Source of the DNA: Candidatus Saccharimonadota bacterium
Lineage (GTDB): Bacteria > Pseudomonadota > Gammaproteobacteria > Johnevansiales > Johnevansiaceae
Direction of reading: 5' to 3'
DNA: 32,000 bases
Assembly (NCBI RefSeq): GCF_000300075.1
Contig: NC_018677.1
Span: 270,001 to 302,000, forward strand
Below the pieces are notes generated by a model. The model was not told where the DNA came from. It ran no database searches and saw only the letters and a list, made by a program, of their open reading frames with translations. The position numbers and the translations under genes were made by a program. Shown in pieces: positions 17,465 to 28,385 of the stretch (the first letter of the stretch is position 1; each line of letters opens with the position of its first letter).

Positions 17465-20113
17465 TTATTTTTTGTTAGTTGTTATTGCAGTAAAAGAAGT
17501 TTTAGTATTAAGTTTTAAATTTATTTTTAAACAGCTTAGCTTAAGTAATTGTTTTTTTTTTTGCAATTCTTCGACAAGATAATTTCTTTGACAAAAGCTA
17601 AGTAAAGGTATATGTAAAATAAAGAATTGTTGATTTTTTTTTGAAACACAATTAATACAGGGTTCACTATATTTTATTATATTAATATTAGCCAAATTGC
17701 ATATATAAATTTTATATTTGTTTATTAAAGATTTATAAAACAGTTTAACTTTTGAACAAAACACTGTTAGTTTTATTGATTTATTTAAGTATATTAAGGA
17801 ACGTATACAACGTAGTTTGGTAATAAATATATTTATAAAATTAACATCATAAATAGCATTGTCATCGAGTTTGTTTATGTCTATTTTTGGCAAATCTTGA
17901 TTTAAAATAGTTGTGGTTATATGTTTATTTTTATATTGTACTTGCATTATATTAATCCATATTTCATCAGTAATATAAGGAATAAAAGGATGTAATAATA
18001 ATAAAATTTCTTTAAATACATATAATAATGTATTAATTGTGCTAATTTTTACACCAATATAATTACTATTGAAAACAATCTTAGTAATTTCTAAATACAA
18101 ATCGCAAAAATCATACCAAAAAAACTCATAAATAGTTTGAGATGCCAGATCTAACCGATATTCGTCAAAATAAAGTAAAATTTTTCTTTTTGTGTTTTGT
18201 AAGCTTGAAATAATAAATTTATTGATTGATGTTACATTTTCCCAACAACAAAATTGATTGTATTCATTGTTATAAAACAACTCTATCTTAGATAGAACAA
18301 ATCTTGTTGCGTTCCATATTTTGTTACAAAAATTCATATAACCTTTAAATCTTCTTAAATCAAAATTTATGTTTTTGCCAGGTAAAGATATAGATAAAAA
18401 TGTAAATCTTAACGCATCTGCACCATAATTTATACCCTTTATTACATCAATAGGATCTATAACATTGCCTTTAGATTTAGACATTTTTTGTCCTTGTTTA
18501 TCTCTAATTAAACCATGAATAAAAATTCGTTTAAAAGGTAATTCATTTATAAGTTTAAGTGTCATCATTATTAACCGAGATACCCAAAACGGTATAATAT
18601 CAAAACCAGTAATTAAAACACTAGATGGATGAAATAAATTAAATGACTTTGTTCTTATTTGAGGCCAACCTATGGTAGTAAATGTCCATAATCCTGAACT
18701 AAACCAAGTATCTAGCACGTCTTGATCTTGATTTAATTTTGTTTTTAAGTTAATAGCATATTTACTTCTTATTTCTTCTTCATTACGTCCAACAAAAATT
18801 ATATTATTTTTATCATACCAAGCAGGTATTCTATGTCCCCACCATAACTGCCTAGAAATACACCAATCTTTTAAGTTATACATCCAATTTATATATATTT
18901 TTTCATAATTTTTTGGTATAAATGTTATATTCCCATTTTTGACTGCATTGATAGCTAAATTAGCTAATTTTTTTATAGAAACAAACCATTGATCTGTTAG
19001 TAAAGGTTCAATAATTGCACATGATCGATCTCCACACGGCAACATTAGAAGATGATTATCTACTTTTTTTTCCAAAAACTTATTTTTTAATAAATCTTTA
19101 ACTATATTCTTCCGTAAACTTTTTATAGACAATCCAACGTATACTTTAGGTAATTTAATTAAATTATACTTTAAAAGTATACCTGATTTTAAAATACATA
19201 CTTCTGCTTTTTGACGAACTTTAAACCTATTATTAAACATATTTATAAATAGACTATTTTGACGTTTACCAATTTTATAATCAATTAAATTATGTGCTGG
19301 TGTTATTTTTACACAACCAGTGCCAAACTTAATATCAACAACTTCCTCCGATATAATGGGTAATATACGACCTATTAATGGTAAAACAACACATTTACCT
19401 ATAAATGCTTTATAGCGCTTATCGAAAGGATGAACAGCAATGCAGGTATCGGCAAAAATAGTCTCTGGACGTGTTGTAGCAACGATTAAATAAGCTTTTT
19501 TTTGACAAAAAGCTTCAACCTTATGAATGTTTAATAAATGATAACGAATATACCATAGTTTACCAAGGTCTTGTAAGTTCTTTACTTCTATGTCAGACAA
19601 AGCTGTTAACAAGTTGGGATCCCAATTAATTAATCTTTTTCCTCTATAAATTAAACCTTCTTTGTAAAGTTTTATAAAAGCTTCCTGTACTGCTTGATAA
19701 AATCCATAATCCATAGTAAATCGTTCTTTTTTCCAATCAACACTCATACCTATACTCTTCATTTGTAATATTATTTTAGGTATAGTTTTATTACACCACT
19801 GTAGTGTTTTTTTTAAAAATAATTTTCGTCCCAAAAACATACGATTAACTTTATCATGAGATAGCTTTTTGTCCATTAGCAGTTGTGTTGCAATACCTGC
19901 ATGGTCAGTACCAAATTGCAACAATGTCTTATAGCCTTGCATACCTTTTTGACGTATTATTGTATCGATTAATGTGTATTCAAAAGCGTGACCAATATGT
20001 ATTTTTCCAGTTACATTAGGCGGAGGAATCATAATTGAAAAAGGTACACTAGTATACGTGTTTAGAAGCCGTTTAGTTGTTTCCCAATTTTTATGCCAAT
20101 TATTATATTTCAA
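17465..20113 (-). CDS. valS: Valine--tRNA ligase
   Basis: 882-aa ORF with PPPNVTGKIHIGH (HIGH) and KMSKSKGN (KMSKS). The start is TTG at 20111-20113, preceded by GGAG 9 nt upstream. Confidence 0.95.
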   Translation of the reverse strand: MKYNNWHKNWETTKRLLNTYTSVPFSIMIPPPNVTGKIHIGHAFEYTLIDTIIRQKGMQGYKTLLQFGTDHAGIATQLLMDKKLSHDKVNRMFLGRKLFLKKTLQWCNKTIPKIILQMKSIGMSVDWKKERFTMDYGFYQAVQEAFIKLYKEGLIYRGKRLINWDPNLLTALSDIEVKNLQDLGKLWYIRYHLLNIHKVEAFCQKKAYLIVATTRPETIFADTCIAVHPFDKRYKAFIGKCVVLPLIGRILPIISEEVVDIKFGTGCVKITPAHNLIDYKIGKRQNSLFINMFNNRFKVRQKAEVCILKSGILLKYNLIKLPKVYVGLSIKSLRKNIVKDLLKNKFLEKKVDNHLLMLPCGDRSCAIIEPLLTDQWFVSIKKLANLAINAVKNGNITFIPKNYEKIYINWMYNLKDWCISRQLWWGHRIPAWYDKNNIIFVGRNEEEIRSKYAINLKTKLNQDQDVLDTWFSSGLWTFTTIGWPQIRTKSFNLFHPSSVLITGFDIIPFWVSRLIMMTLKLINELPFKRIFIHGLIRDKQGQKMSKSKGNVIDPIDVIKGINYGADALRFTFLSISLPGKNINFDLRRFKGYMNFCNKIWNATRFVLSKIELFYNNEYNQFCCWENVTSINKFIISSLQNTKRKILLYFDEYRLDLASQTIYEFFWYDFCDLYLEITKIVFNSNYIGVKISTINTLLYVFKEILLLLHPFIPYITDEIWINIMQVQYKNKHITTTILNQDLPKIDINKLDDNAIYDVNFINIFITKLRCIRSLIYLNKSIKLTVFCSKVKLFYKSLINKYKIYICNLANINIIKYSEPCINCVSKKNQQFFILHIPLLSFCQRNYLVEELQKKKQLLKLSCLKINLKLNTKTSFTAITTNKK

Positions 20114-20284
20114 AAGATTTAAACTCCTTAATTACCATTTGTAGGCCATAAAAGCAATTGTATTTGTGGTTTTTGTTCTTTTGATGACGTGTGATATGTT
20201 ACAAAAACTTGTAAAGTGCTTTTATTTAATTTATTATTTAATTTTCTTAGTTTATTATTTTAACTCTAATATAAAAAGAATACT

Positions 20285-21526
20285 ATGAGCATTAACCCTA
20301 AAACTAAATTTAAAGATTTTTATAAATATATTTTACCACTTTATTCGCCTCAAAATAAAATTCCAGTTAAAGGGTATGGTAGTACAATCTGGGTACAAGA
20401 TGGCAGAGATTATATTGATTTTTCAGGTGGAATAGCTGTTAACGCATTAGGACATAGTAATCCTGTTTTACTAGAAGCATTAAAAGAACAATCAAAAAAA
20501 GTATGGCATGTATCGAATAGTTATACGAATGAACCGTCTTTGTGTTTAGCAAAAAAGTTAGTAAAAAACACTTTTGCTGACAAAGTTTTCTTTTGTTCTA
20601 GTGGTGCAGAAGCCAATGAAGCTGCCTTAAAACTATCTAGACGTTATGCTTATAATCACTTTGGGTCAAAAAAAAATATTATTATTTCGTTTAAAAAATC
20701 TTTTCATGGACGTACTTTTTTTACTGTAAATGTAGGAGGTAAAAATAACTATTCTCATGGTTTTGGACCGTCTCCTTTTTGTATAATACATGCTGAATTT
20801 AATAACATACATAATTTTCGTAAAGTAATAAACAATTATACTTGTGCTGTTATTATAGAGCCAATACAAGGTGAAGGCGGTATAAATGTAGCTAATTATT
20901 CCTTTTTTAAACAACTACGTAATTTATGTAAAATCTATAATGCATTACTTATATTTGATGAAGTTCAATGTGGAATGGGCCGTATCGGAAAACTTTTTAC
21001 ATATATGCATTTCAAAATTAAACCAGACATAATTACTTTAGCTAAATCTATAGGGTGTGGTTTTCCTTTAGCTGCTATGTTGACAACTAATAAAGTTGGT
21101 GAAGCTTTTAGTATAGGTGTACATGGCTCAACATATGGTGGAAATCCATTGGCATGTGCGGTAGGAAATATAGCGTTTGATGTTATTTCAAATAAAGAAG
21201 TATTAAGTGGAGTAAAAAGAAAAAATAAGTTATTAAAACAGCATATAAAAAGAATAAATTTAGAATTTAATATATTTAAAGAAGTTCGAGGACTAGGTTT
21301 GCTTATAGGCATAGAATTAAATAAAAATTATATAAACCTCGGTAGAAAAATATTAAAAGTAGCTTTTGAAAATGGATTAATGTTATTAAATGCGGGTCCT
21401 AATGTATTAAGATTAGCTCCTTCTTTACTAATCTCTATTGAAGAAATAGAGGAAGGTATGAGCCGTTTGTACACAACTATTAAGTGCATTAAACAAAATT
21501 TTAAATACTTAGAATACTTATGTTAA
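20285..21526 (+). CDS. argD: Acetylornithine (and possibly succinyldiaminopimelate) aminotransferase, class III
   Basis: 413-aa ORF. DFSGGIAVNALGH, FFCSSGAEANEAALKL and DEVQCGMGR are near-identical in pattern to E. coli ArgD. Confidence 0.9.
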   Translation: MSINPKTKFKDFYKYILPLYSPQNKIPVKGYGSTIWVQDGRDYIDFSGGIAVNALGHSNPVLLEALKEQSKKVWHVSNSYTNEPSLCLAKKLVKNTFADKVFFCSSGAEANEAALKLSRRYAYNHFGSKKNIIISFKKSFHGRTFFTVNVGGKNNYSHGFGPSPFCIIHAEFNNIHNFRKVINNYTCAVIIEPIQGEGGINVANYSFFKQLRNLCKIYNALLIFDEVQCGMGRIGKLFTYMHFKIKPDIITLAKSIGCGFPLAAMLTTNKVGEAFSIGVHGSTYGGNPLACAVGNIAFDVISNKEVLSGVKRKNKLLKQHIKRINLEFNIFKEVRGLGLLIGIELNKNYINLGRKILKVAFENGLMLLNAGPNVLRLAPSLLISIEEIEEGMSRLYTTIKCIKQNFKYLEYLC

Positions 21527-23346
21527 TAAATACAAAAAACATTCGTAATTTTGCAATTATAGCACATATAAATCATGGAAAGTCAACATTAGCTGATAGA
21601 TTAATTCAACTGTGTGGTGGTTTGTACAAACGAGATTTTAAAAATCAAGTTTTAGACTCTTTGGATATAGAACGTGAACGAGGAATTACAATTAAATCAC
21701 AAGCTGTAACATTGTTCTATAAAAGTAAACAAGGTAAAACCTATAGACTTAATTTAATAGATACTCCAGGACACGTTGATTTTATGTATGAAGTTTCCAG
21801 ATCTTTATATGCTTGTGAAGGTGCATTATTACTTATTGATGCTTCTCAAGGTATAGAATCTCAAACTATAACAAATTTTTATACAGCATTTAAACGTGAT
21901 TTAACAATTATTCCAGTTGTAAACAAAATAGATTTACCTCAAGCCAGTCCTAAATATACTATTTCAAATATAAAAAAAATATTCAATCTTCATTTTCAAT
22001 CTGTATGTTGTATATCTACTAAGTTAGGTTTAGGCATAAAAGTTTTGTTAGAAACATTAATTAAAACTATTCATAACCCTAAAGGTGATCCCTATAAAAA
22101 ATTACTAGCTTTAATTATTGATTCTTGGTTTTCAAAATATCTTGGGGTAATTTCTTTAGTTAGAATTTTTGATGGGAATTTAAAAAAAGGTGATCAAGTT
22201 ATTATAAATTCAACAGGACAAAGTTGGTATATTCAAACAGTAGGTTTTTATACTCCTAAACGTTGTTTAACTTTAAAATTAAGTGCTGGTCAAGTTGGTT
22301 TCTTTGTTGCTGGTATAAAAGACATTCATGGTGCCCCAGTAGGAGATACAATCACACATGCAAATGCTAATACTGATCATAGGATCTCAGGCTTTAAAAA
22401 AGTTAAATCAAAAATATTTGCTGGTTTATATCCAGAAAACGTAAAAGATTTTAAACATTTTAGTACCGTACTTGAAAGATTAGCATTAAATGATGCTTCT
22501 TTAATTTATACGCCAGAAAATTCTAATGTTTATGGATGTGGTTTTCGTATTGGTTTTCTTGGTTCTTTGCACTTAGAAATAATTAAAGAACGTATAGAAC
22601 GTGAACATGGTATAAAAATAATAATAACTTTGCCAAGCGTAAAATATAAAATAAAACTCAAAACTGGAAAAATAGAATATATTTATGACCCTTCTAAACT
22701 GCCAGAGAATTATAAATTATTTAAACTTTATGAACCTATAGTACTTGCTAGAATTATAGTTCCTAAAATTTACGTAGGTAATATTATTAAAGAATGTATA
22801 ACTTTTAGAGGTAAACAGCTTTGTGTTGTTTTTATCAATAATTTCATTAAAATGATATACGAATTGCCAATGGCAGAAGTAATAACAAACTTTTTTAATA
22901 GACTTAAATCTGTTTCTAAAGGTTATGCATCATTAGATTATGAATTTTATCGGTTTAAAAAATCAAACATGGTTCGTTTAGATATATTAATAAATAACAA
23001 TCGTATTGAAGCACTAACTATGATTGTTCCTTTTGATAAAGCATATAAACAAGGTCAATTTATTTTAAAAAGAATTAAACTATTATTATCTAAGCAGTTA
23101 TTTGATTTAAACATAAAAGCAGTTTCTTATAAAAAAACCTTAGCAAAAACACAAATAAAAGCAATAAGAAAGAATGTTACTGCAAAATGTTATGGGGGAG
23201 ATATTACTCGTAAAAAAAAGTTAATTGAAAAACAAAAAGAAGGTAAAAAACGTATGAAAAGCATTGGTAATATAGAAATTAAACTTAATAAAAATATATT
23301 TTTGTCTTTATTTAAAACCCCTAACCTATTTGACCAATTTAGCTAA
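21520..23346 (+). CDS. lepA: Elongation factor 4 (translational GTPase LepA)
   Basis: 608-aa ORF with NIRNFAIIAHINHGKSTLADR (G1), DTPGHVDF (G3) and NKID (G4). It overlaps the argD 3' end by 7 nt. Confidence 0.96.
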   Translation: MLINTKNIRNFAIIAHINHGKSTLADRLIQLCGGLYKRDFKNQVLDSLDIERERGITIKSQAVTLFYKSKQGKTYRLNLIDTPGHVDFMYEVSRSLYACEGALLLIDASQGIESQTITNFYTAFKRDLTIIPVVNKIDLPQASPKYTISNIKKIFNLHFQSVCCISTKLGLGIKVLLETLIKTIHNPKGDPYKKLLALIIDSWFSKYLGVISLVRIFDGNLKKGDQVIINSTGQSWYIQTVGFYTPKRCLTLKLSAGQVGFFVAGIKDIHGAPVGDTITHANANTDHRISGFKKVKSKIFAGLYPENVKDFKHFSTVLERLALNDASLIYTPENSNVYGCGFRIGFLGSLHLEIIKERIEREHGIKIIITLPSVKYKIKLKTGKIEYIYDPSKLPENYKLFKLYEPIVLARIIVPKIYVGNIIKECITFRGKQLCVVFINNFIKMIYELPMAEVITNFFNRLKSVSKGYASLDYEFYRFKKSNMVRLDILINNNRIEALTMIVPFDKAYKQGQFILKRIKLLLSKQLFDLNIKAVSYKKTLAKTQIKAIRKNVTAKCYGGDITRKKKLIEKQKEGKKRMKSIGNIEIKLNKNIFLSLFKTPNLFDQFS

Positions 23347-23480
23347 TGTTATTTCTTGTTTTCTTTGCTGTAATTATATAGACCCTATAAGTATTATTCT
23401 TCTTTTATTTTCTGACTTTAAACACTTTTTCTGCCCCTATTTTTTTAAACTTTTCTATAGTATATCTTTATTTACTGATT

Positions 23481-23572
23481 TTTTTTCGTTCATTATTCTT
23501 TTAACTTTTTTCTATTGCTTTGATCTATTTCGCTGTTACTAAATCTTTTTTTTCGTTCATTATTCTTTTAAC
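23481..23572. repeat. Direct repeat ttttttcgttcattattcttttaac, two copies, period about 66 nt
   Basis: Copies read at 23481-23505 and about 23546-23572. Confidence 0.8.
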
Positions 23573-23816
23573 CTTTATATTTTACCAATGACTACCTTTT
23601 TTTCCATCATTGTTGTCCTTTGTAGCGTGTTATTATAACCTTTTGTTTTCTTTGTAACCTACAATACAACCAATTTACTTTTATTATATATATACCTGAT
23701 TTTTTTTAACTTATACAAATATATTTATTAAAGAACATAGTATCTAAGTACCTTTTTAGCTTTTACCTCAAACATCTAAAAACTAACCTTACACCTTATA
23801 ACAAACTTACCTATAA

Positions 23817-23843
23817 TACAGTACAGTACAGACCAGACCAGAC
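23817..23843. repeat. Pentanucleotide microsatellite (TACAG)3(ACCAG)2
   Basis: Read directly: tacagtacagtacagaccagaccagac. Confidence 0.8.
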
Positions 23844-24198
23844 TTATTTTATGAAATAACCATCTATTATATATTGATCCATATAGTCTACTTTTTTCTT
23901 CTACCAGATCCTTTGATTGTGAAACCAGTTGCGAACCTTATAAGTGTAGTATTTTGTTTAAATATGTATTTTTTGATGTTTAGATATATTTTGCCACTAC
24001 TCTATTCATTCTTTTTAGTTTATAATCTGTCCTTGGTTTAATAGTTTTTGCAATACTACTTTTTTTCTTTTTTTACATCTAATATGTTATTACCTTATGT
24101 TTACTATTTAGTGTCTACCTGTTTCTTTTAACCTAACAAAAACCTAATCTTTTTTTTTAGTGCTAAACTACAAAACTTTTAGCTAAAGCACTAACTAA

Positions 24199-25842
<1,644 letters not shown>

Positions 25843-25865
25843 TTAATAAGTATTAATGATTTTAA

Positions 25866-26156
25866 TTACTCTAATATACCAAGAATATCAGATTCACTCA
25901 TGATTATTACTTCTTCATCTTCGATCTTTTGTTTTTCGACTCCAAAGCTTTCTTTAAAAATCACTGTATCACCAATTTTAACATCTAAAGGACGGATAGC
26001 ACCATTATTTAGTATTTTTCCTTTTCCAATAGCTACAACCTCACCGCGATTTTGTTTTTCTTGTGCATTTCCTGGCAAAACAATACCACCAGAAGTTTTT
26101 TGTTCAACTTCAATACAACGAACCACAACACGATCATGTAAAGGACGTATTTTCAT
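25866..26156 (-). CDS. groES: Co-chaperonin GroES (10 kDa)
   Basis: 96-aa ORF starting [12 protein letters not shown]..., located 35 nt upstream of groEL. The SD sequence AGGAGA precedes the ATG. Confidence 0.97.
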   Translation of the reverse strand: MKIRPLHDRVVVRCIEVEQKTSGGIVLPGNAQEKQNRGEVVAIGKGKILNNGAIRPLDVKIGDTVIFKESFGVEKQKIEDEEVIIMSESDILGILE

Positions 26157-26199
26157 TTTACGTTCTCCTGAATTACTTTATATTTTATCCTTTAAAATT

Positions 26200-26227
26200 A
26201 TTTGTGGATAACTAAGTTGATTTCAAG
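26200..26227 (-). promoter_or_regulatory. Putative sigma-32 (heat-shock) promoter of groES-groEL
   Basis: The minus strand reads CTTGAA (26227-26222), then 14 nt, then CCACAAAT (26207-26200). The E. coli groE pattern is CTTGAA-N14-CCCCATTT. It lies about 44 nt upstream of the groES ATG. Confidence 0.45.
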
Positions 26228-26368
26228 TAGAAATAAAAGAGCATTTATATGTTGTTAAGTCGCTGCAATATTTTAACTGATTTATTTAAACTGTATTAAA
26301 CTATCTGATTCCTTTAATTTGTATATACCTTTGTTAAATTCACATGCTGCATAATATGATTTTAATAA

Positions 26369-27451
26369 CTATTGATCGGATTTTATGCCTATAATTACTA
26401 CATTTCCTTTGTATAATTTTATTCTCACAATTCCGTTTACATATTTTTGAGAAGTATCAATTAACGCTTTTAACATTTTTATTTCTTTTGTCCACAAATT
26501 TACAGTGTAAACTTTTTCTGCATATAACGGCATTAAAATATCTTTTATTTGTAAAATTTCATGGTCTAAAGTAAAAGATTCTATTGCTCTATGTGCATGA
26601 TATAAAATAGTTACACCTGGATTTTCATAACAGCATCTTGCCTTTAATCCAGATCCATAGTATCTTATTTTATTTACTCTACCAATCCCATGTTTACTAC
26701 CTAAATTATTTAGTTTAATCATTATTTCATGTGATTTTAAAACTTCACTATTTATTGAAGTTGGATTTCCTTGCTTAAAAGTTATGTCTATATATGTTGG
26801 TTTATCGGGAGTGTTCTTAAAAAAATTACTCAAAATACATCTTTTTTTTTTGGCTTCATTCCATGTGTTATCTAAACAACCACATTTAGAAAAAATATGT
26901 AAGAAATCATTATTCACTGAACAAGAAATTTTATGTTTTTGAACAAATTCATTACTGAATTTCTTTTTTTTAAAATAAGTTCTTAGTTTGTTTTGAGATA
27001 TAAAATTCAAATCACGCCACGGTGCAATTATTTTTATATATGGATTTAATGAATACGTACTTAAGTCTAATCTAATTAGATCTTTACTCTTCTTAGTTGT
27101 TCCATATGAAATATTAGTTGTTTTGTTTAATTTAGCAATTTCTATTAACCTTTTAATAATTAACGGCCGTACTATTGATGCACCTATTTTTTTTCCACAT
27201 TCATAAATTGTATTTGCTCTAAACCTATGACATATATACTTTGTTACAAAACTTTCTTTTAAATCTTCTATATACATTTTTTTTATTCCTAATACTTTTG
27301 CTTTTTTGTAAGCTAATTCAATCTTTTTTTTTTCTTGTCCTAAGTCAGCAGTAAATGTAATGATTTCATAACCATAATTGCATTGTAACCAGTTTGCAAT
27401 TACCGATTGTTTCTCCCCTCCCGAATAAGCAAGAATTACTTTTTTAGACAT
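26369..27451 (-). CDS. argG: Argininosuccinate synthase. Divergent, C-terminally short, with altered catalytic motifs
   Basis: 360-aa ORF colinear with short-form ArgG: VILAYSGG..., FTADLGQ, IIAPWRD, ENPGVTILYHAHRAIE and KLYKGN. The SD sequence AAGGAA lies upstream. Confidence 0.85.
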   Translation of the reverse strand: MSKKVILAYSGGEKQSVIANWLQCNYGYEIITFTADLGQEKKKIELAYKKAKVLGIKKMYIEDLKESFVTKYICHRFRANTIYECGKKIGASIVRPLIIKRLIEIAKLNKTTNISYGTTKKSKDLIRLDLSTYSLNPYIKIIAPWRDLNFISQNKLRTYFKKKKFSNEFVQKHKISCSVNNDFLHIFSKCGCLDNTWNEAKKKRCILSNFFKNTPDKPTYIDITFKQGNPTSINSEVLKSHEIMIKLNNLGSKHGIGRVNKIRYYGSGLKARCCYENPGVTILYHAHRAIESFTLDHEILQIKDILMPLYAEKVYTVNLWTKEIKMLKALIDTSQKYVNGIVRIKLYKGNVVIIGIKSDQ

Positions 27452-27464
27452 TTTTACAAATTCC

Positions 27465-27803
27465 TTATCTTTTTTTTATCAACCTTTTTAATTCCCCAGT
27501 TTTATACATTTCAAAGATAATGTCACTGCCTCCTATTAACTTGGAATTTATCCAAAGTTGAGGAAATGTTGGCCATTTAGACCATTTCGGTAATTCATGT
27601 CTAATGTGTACACTTTCTAATACATTTATATATTTAAAACGGTTTAAATATTTTTTTATAAACTTAACAGCTTGTGCAGAATATCCACATTGGGGTAAGT
27701 TCGGTGTTCCTTTCATATATAATATTATTTTGTTTTTTTTTATTTGGTTTTTTATTATTTCTATTGTTTTATTTTTCATCGTTTGTTTTGTGGAGCTTAC
27801 CAC
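27465..27803 (-). CDS. grxD: Monothiol glutaredoxin (Grx4 family)
   Basis: LYMKGTPNLPQCGYS (CGFS-type site) and WPTFPQLWINSKLIGGSDI match E. coli GrxD. The ORF track starts at GTG 27803. The ATG at 27777-27779 (MKNKTIEIIKNQ) aligns better with the GrxD N-terminus. Confidence 0.9.
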   Translation of the reverse strand: MVSSTKQTMKNKTIEIIKNQIKKNKIILYMKGTPNLPQCGYSAQAVKFIKKYLNRFKYINVLESVHIRHELPKWSKWPTFPQLWINSKLIGGSDIIFEMYKTGELKRLIKKR

Positions 27804-27899
27804 ATGACATCCTACATCCTACACTGCCAGTATTGAGCTTAAGCCCCCTATTTTGGTTTTTTTCTATACGTTCTTATTATATAATAAACTTATTGCTTT

Positions 27900-27970
27900 G
27901 GCTGGATGGCAGAATGGTTATGCAGCGGATTGCAAATCCGTTAAAATCGGTTCAATTCCGATTCCAGCCT
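27900..27970 (+). tRNA. tRNA-Cys (anticodon GCA)
   Basis: The acceptor stem pairs GGCTGGA with TCCAGCC. The anticodon stem-loop is GCGGA-TTGCAAA-TCCGT. The T-arm is ATCGG-TTCAATT-CCGAT. The discriminator is U, as expected for tRNA-Cys. Confidence 0.9.
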
Positions 27971-28015
27971 CTTAAAATCTTAAACAAACTAAACATTAAA
28001 ACATTGAAATCTTTA

Positions 28016-28099
28016 GCCCGAATGGCGAAAATGGTATACGCAGGGGACTTAAAATCCCCCGTCTTATAAGGCATGCTGGTTCAAGTCCGGCTTCGGGCA
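28016..28099 (+). tRNA. tRNA-Leu (anticodon UAA), class II
   Basis: The acceptor stem pairs GCCCGAA with TTCGGGC. The anticodon stem-loop is GGGGA-CTTAAAA-TCCCC. It has a long variable arm (GTCTTATAAGGCAT) and the T-arm GCTGG-TTCAAGT-CCGGC. Confidence 0.9.
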
Positions 28100-28272
28100 A
28101 ATTATATTTTTTTACTTTTTTAAAAATCAAAATCTAAAATAAATAAAACTAATATCTACTAATCTACTATCTAAATACATATTGTTTCATTAGTTCCATA
28201 ATAAGTAACCAATTTTATAGAAACCCTTTATCATAAACCATTACCTCATCAATTCTTTTATTCCATCTTTAT

Positions 28273-28385
28273 AGCAACAACAACACCCTATCTTTATACC
28301 CTTTTTAGCAACAACAACACCCTATCTTTATACCCTTTTTAGCAACAACAACACCCTTTTTAGCTTTTTCTCCAACAACAACAAG
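28273..28385. repeat. 34-nt tandem repeat, about 3 copies, with a 12-nt deletion in the third copy
   Basis: agcaacaacaacaccctatctttataccctttt starts at 28273 and 28307. The copy starting at 28341 lacks tatctttatacc. Confidence 0.9.

Noticed and set aside
20114-20284. Sigma-70-like promoter (TTGTAA-N17-TATTAT) for argD in the valS/argD divergent region. Similar TATAAT-like hexamers lie upstream of tRNA-Cys (about 27880) and alaS' (about 6690).
   Set aside because: In DNA this AT-rich, -10-like hexamers occur everywhere. The -35 elements are weak or absent. I cannot distinguish these from background without TSS data.
24157-24194. Hairpin directly after groEL, considered as a rho-independent terminator.
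   Set aside because: On the groEL (minus) transcript the stem is followed by an A-run, not a U-run. On the + strand the T-run precedes the stem. The loop is long (22 nt). I kept it only as a possible processing or stability element within a finding.
26203-26211. Perfect DnaA box TTATCCACA (minus strand) upstream of groES, considered as a possible replication origin.
   Set aside because: It is a single isolated box with no cluster of boxes or adjacent AT-rich 13-mer-type unwinding element that I could see. The neighbouring genes are not origin-associated. By rough estimate one occurrence is compatible with chance.
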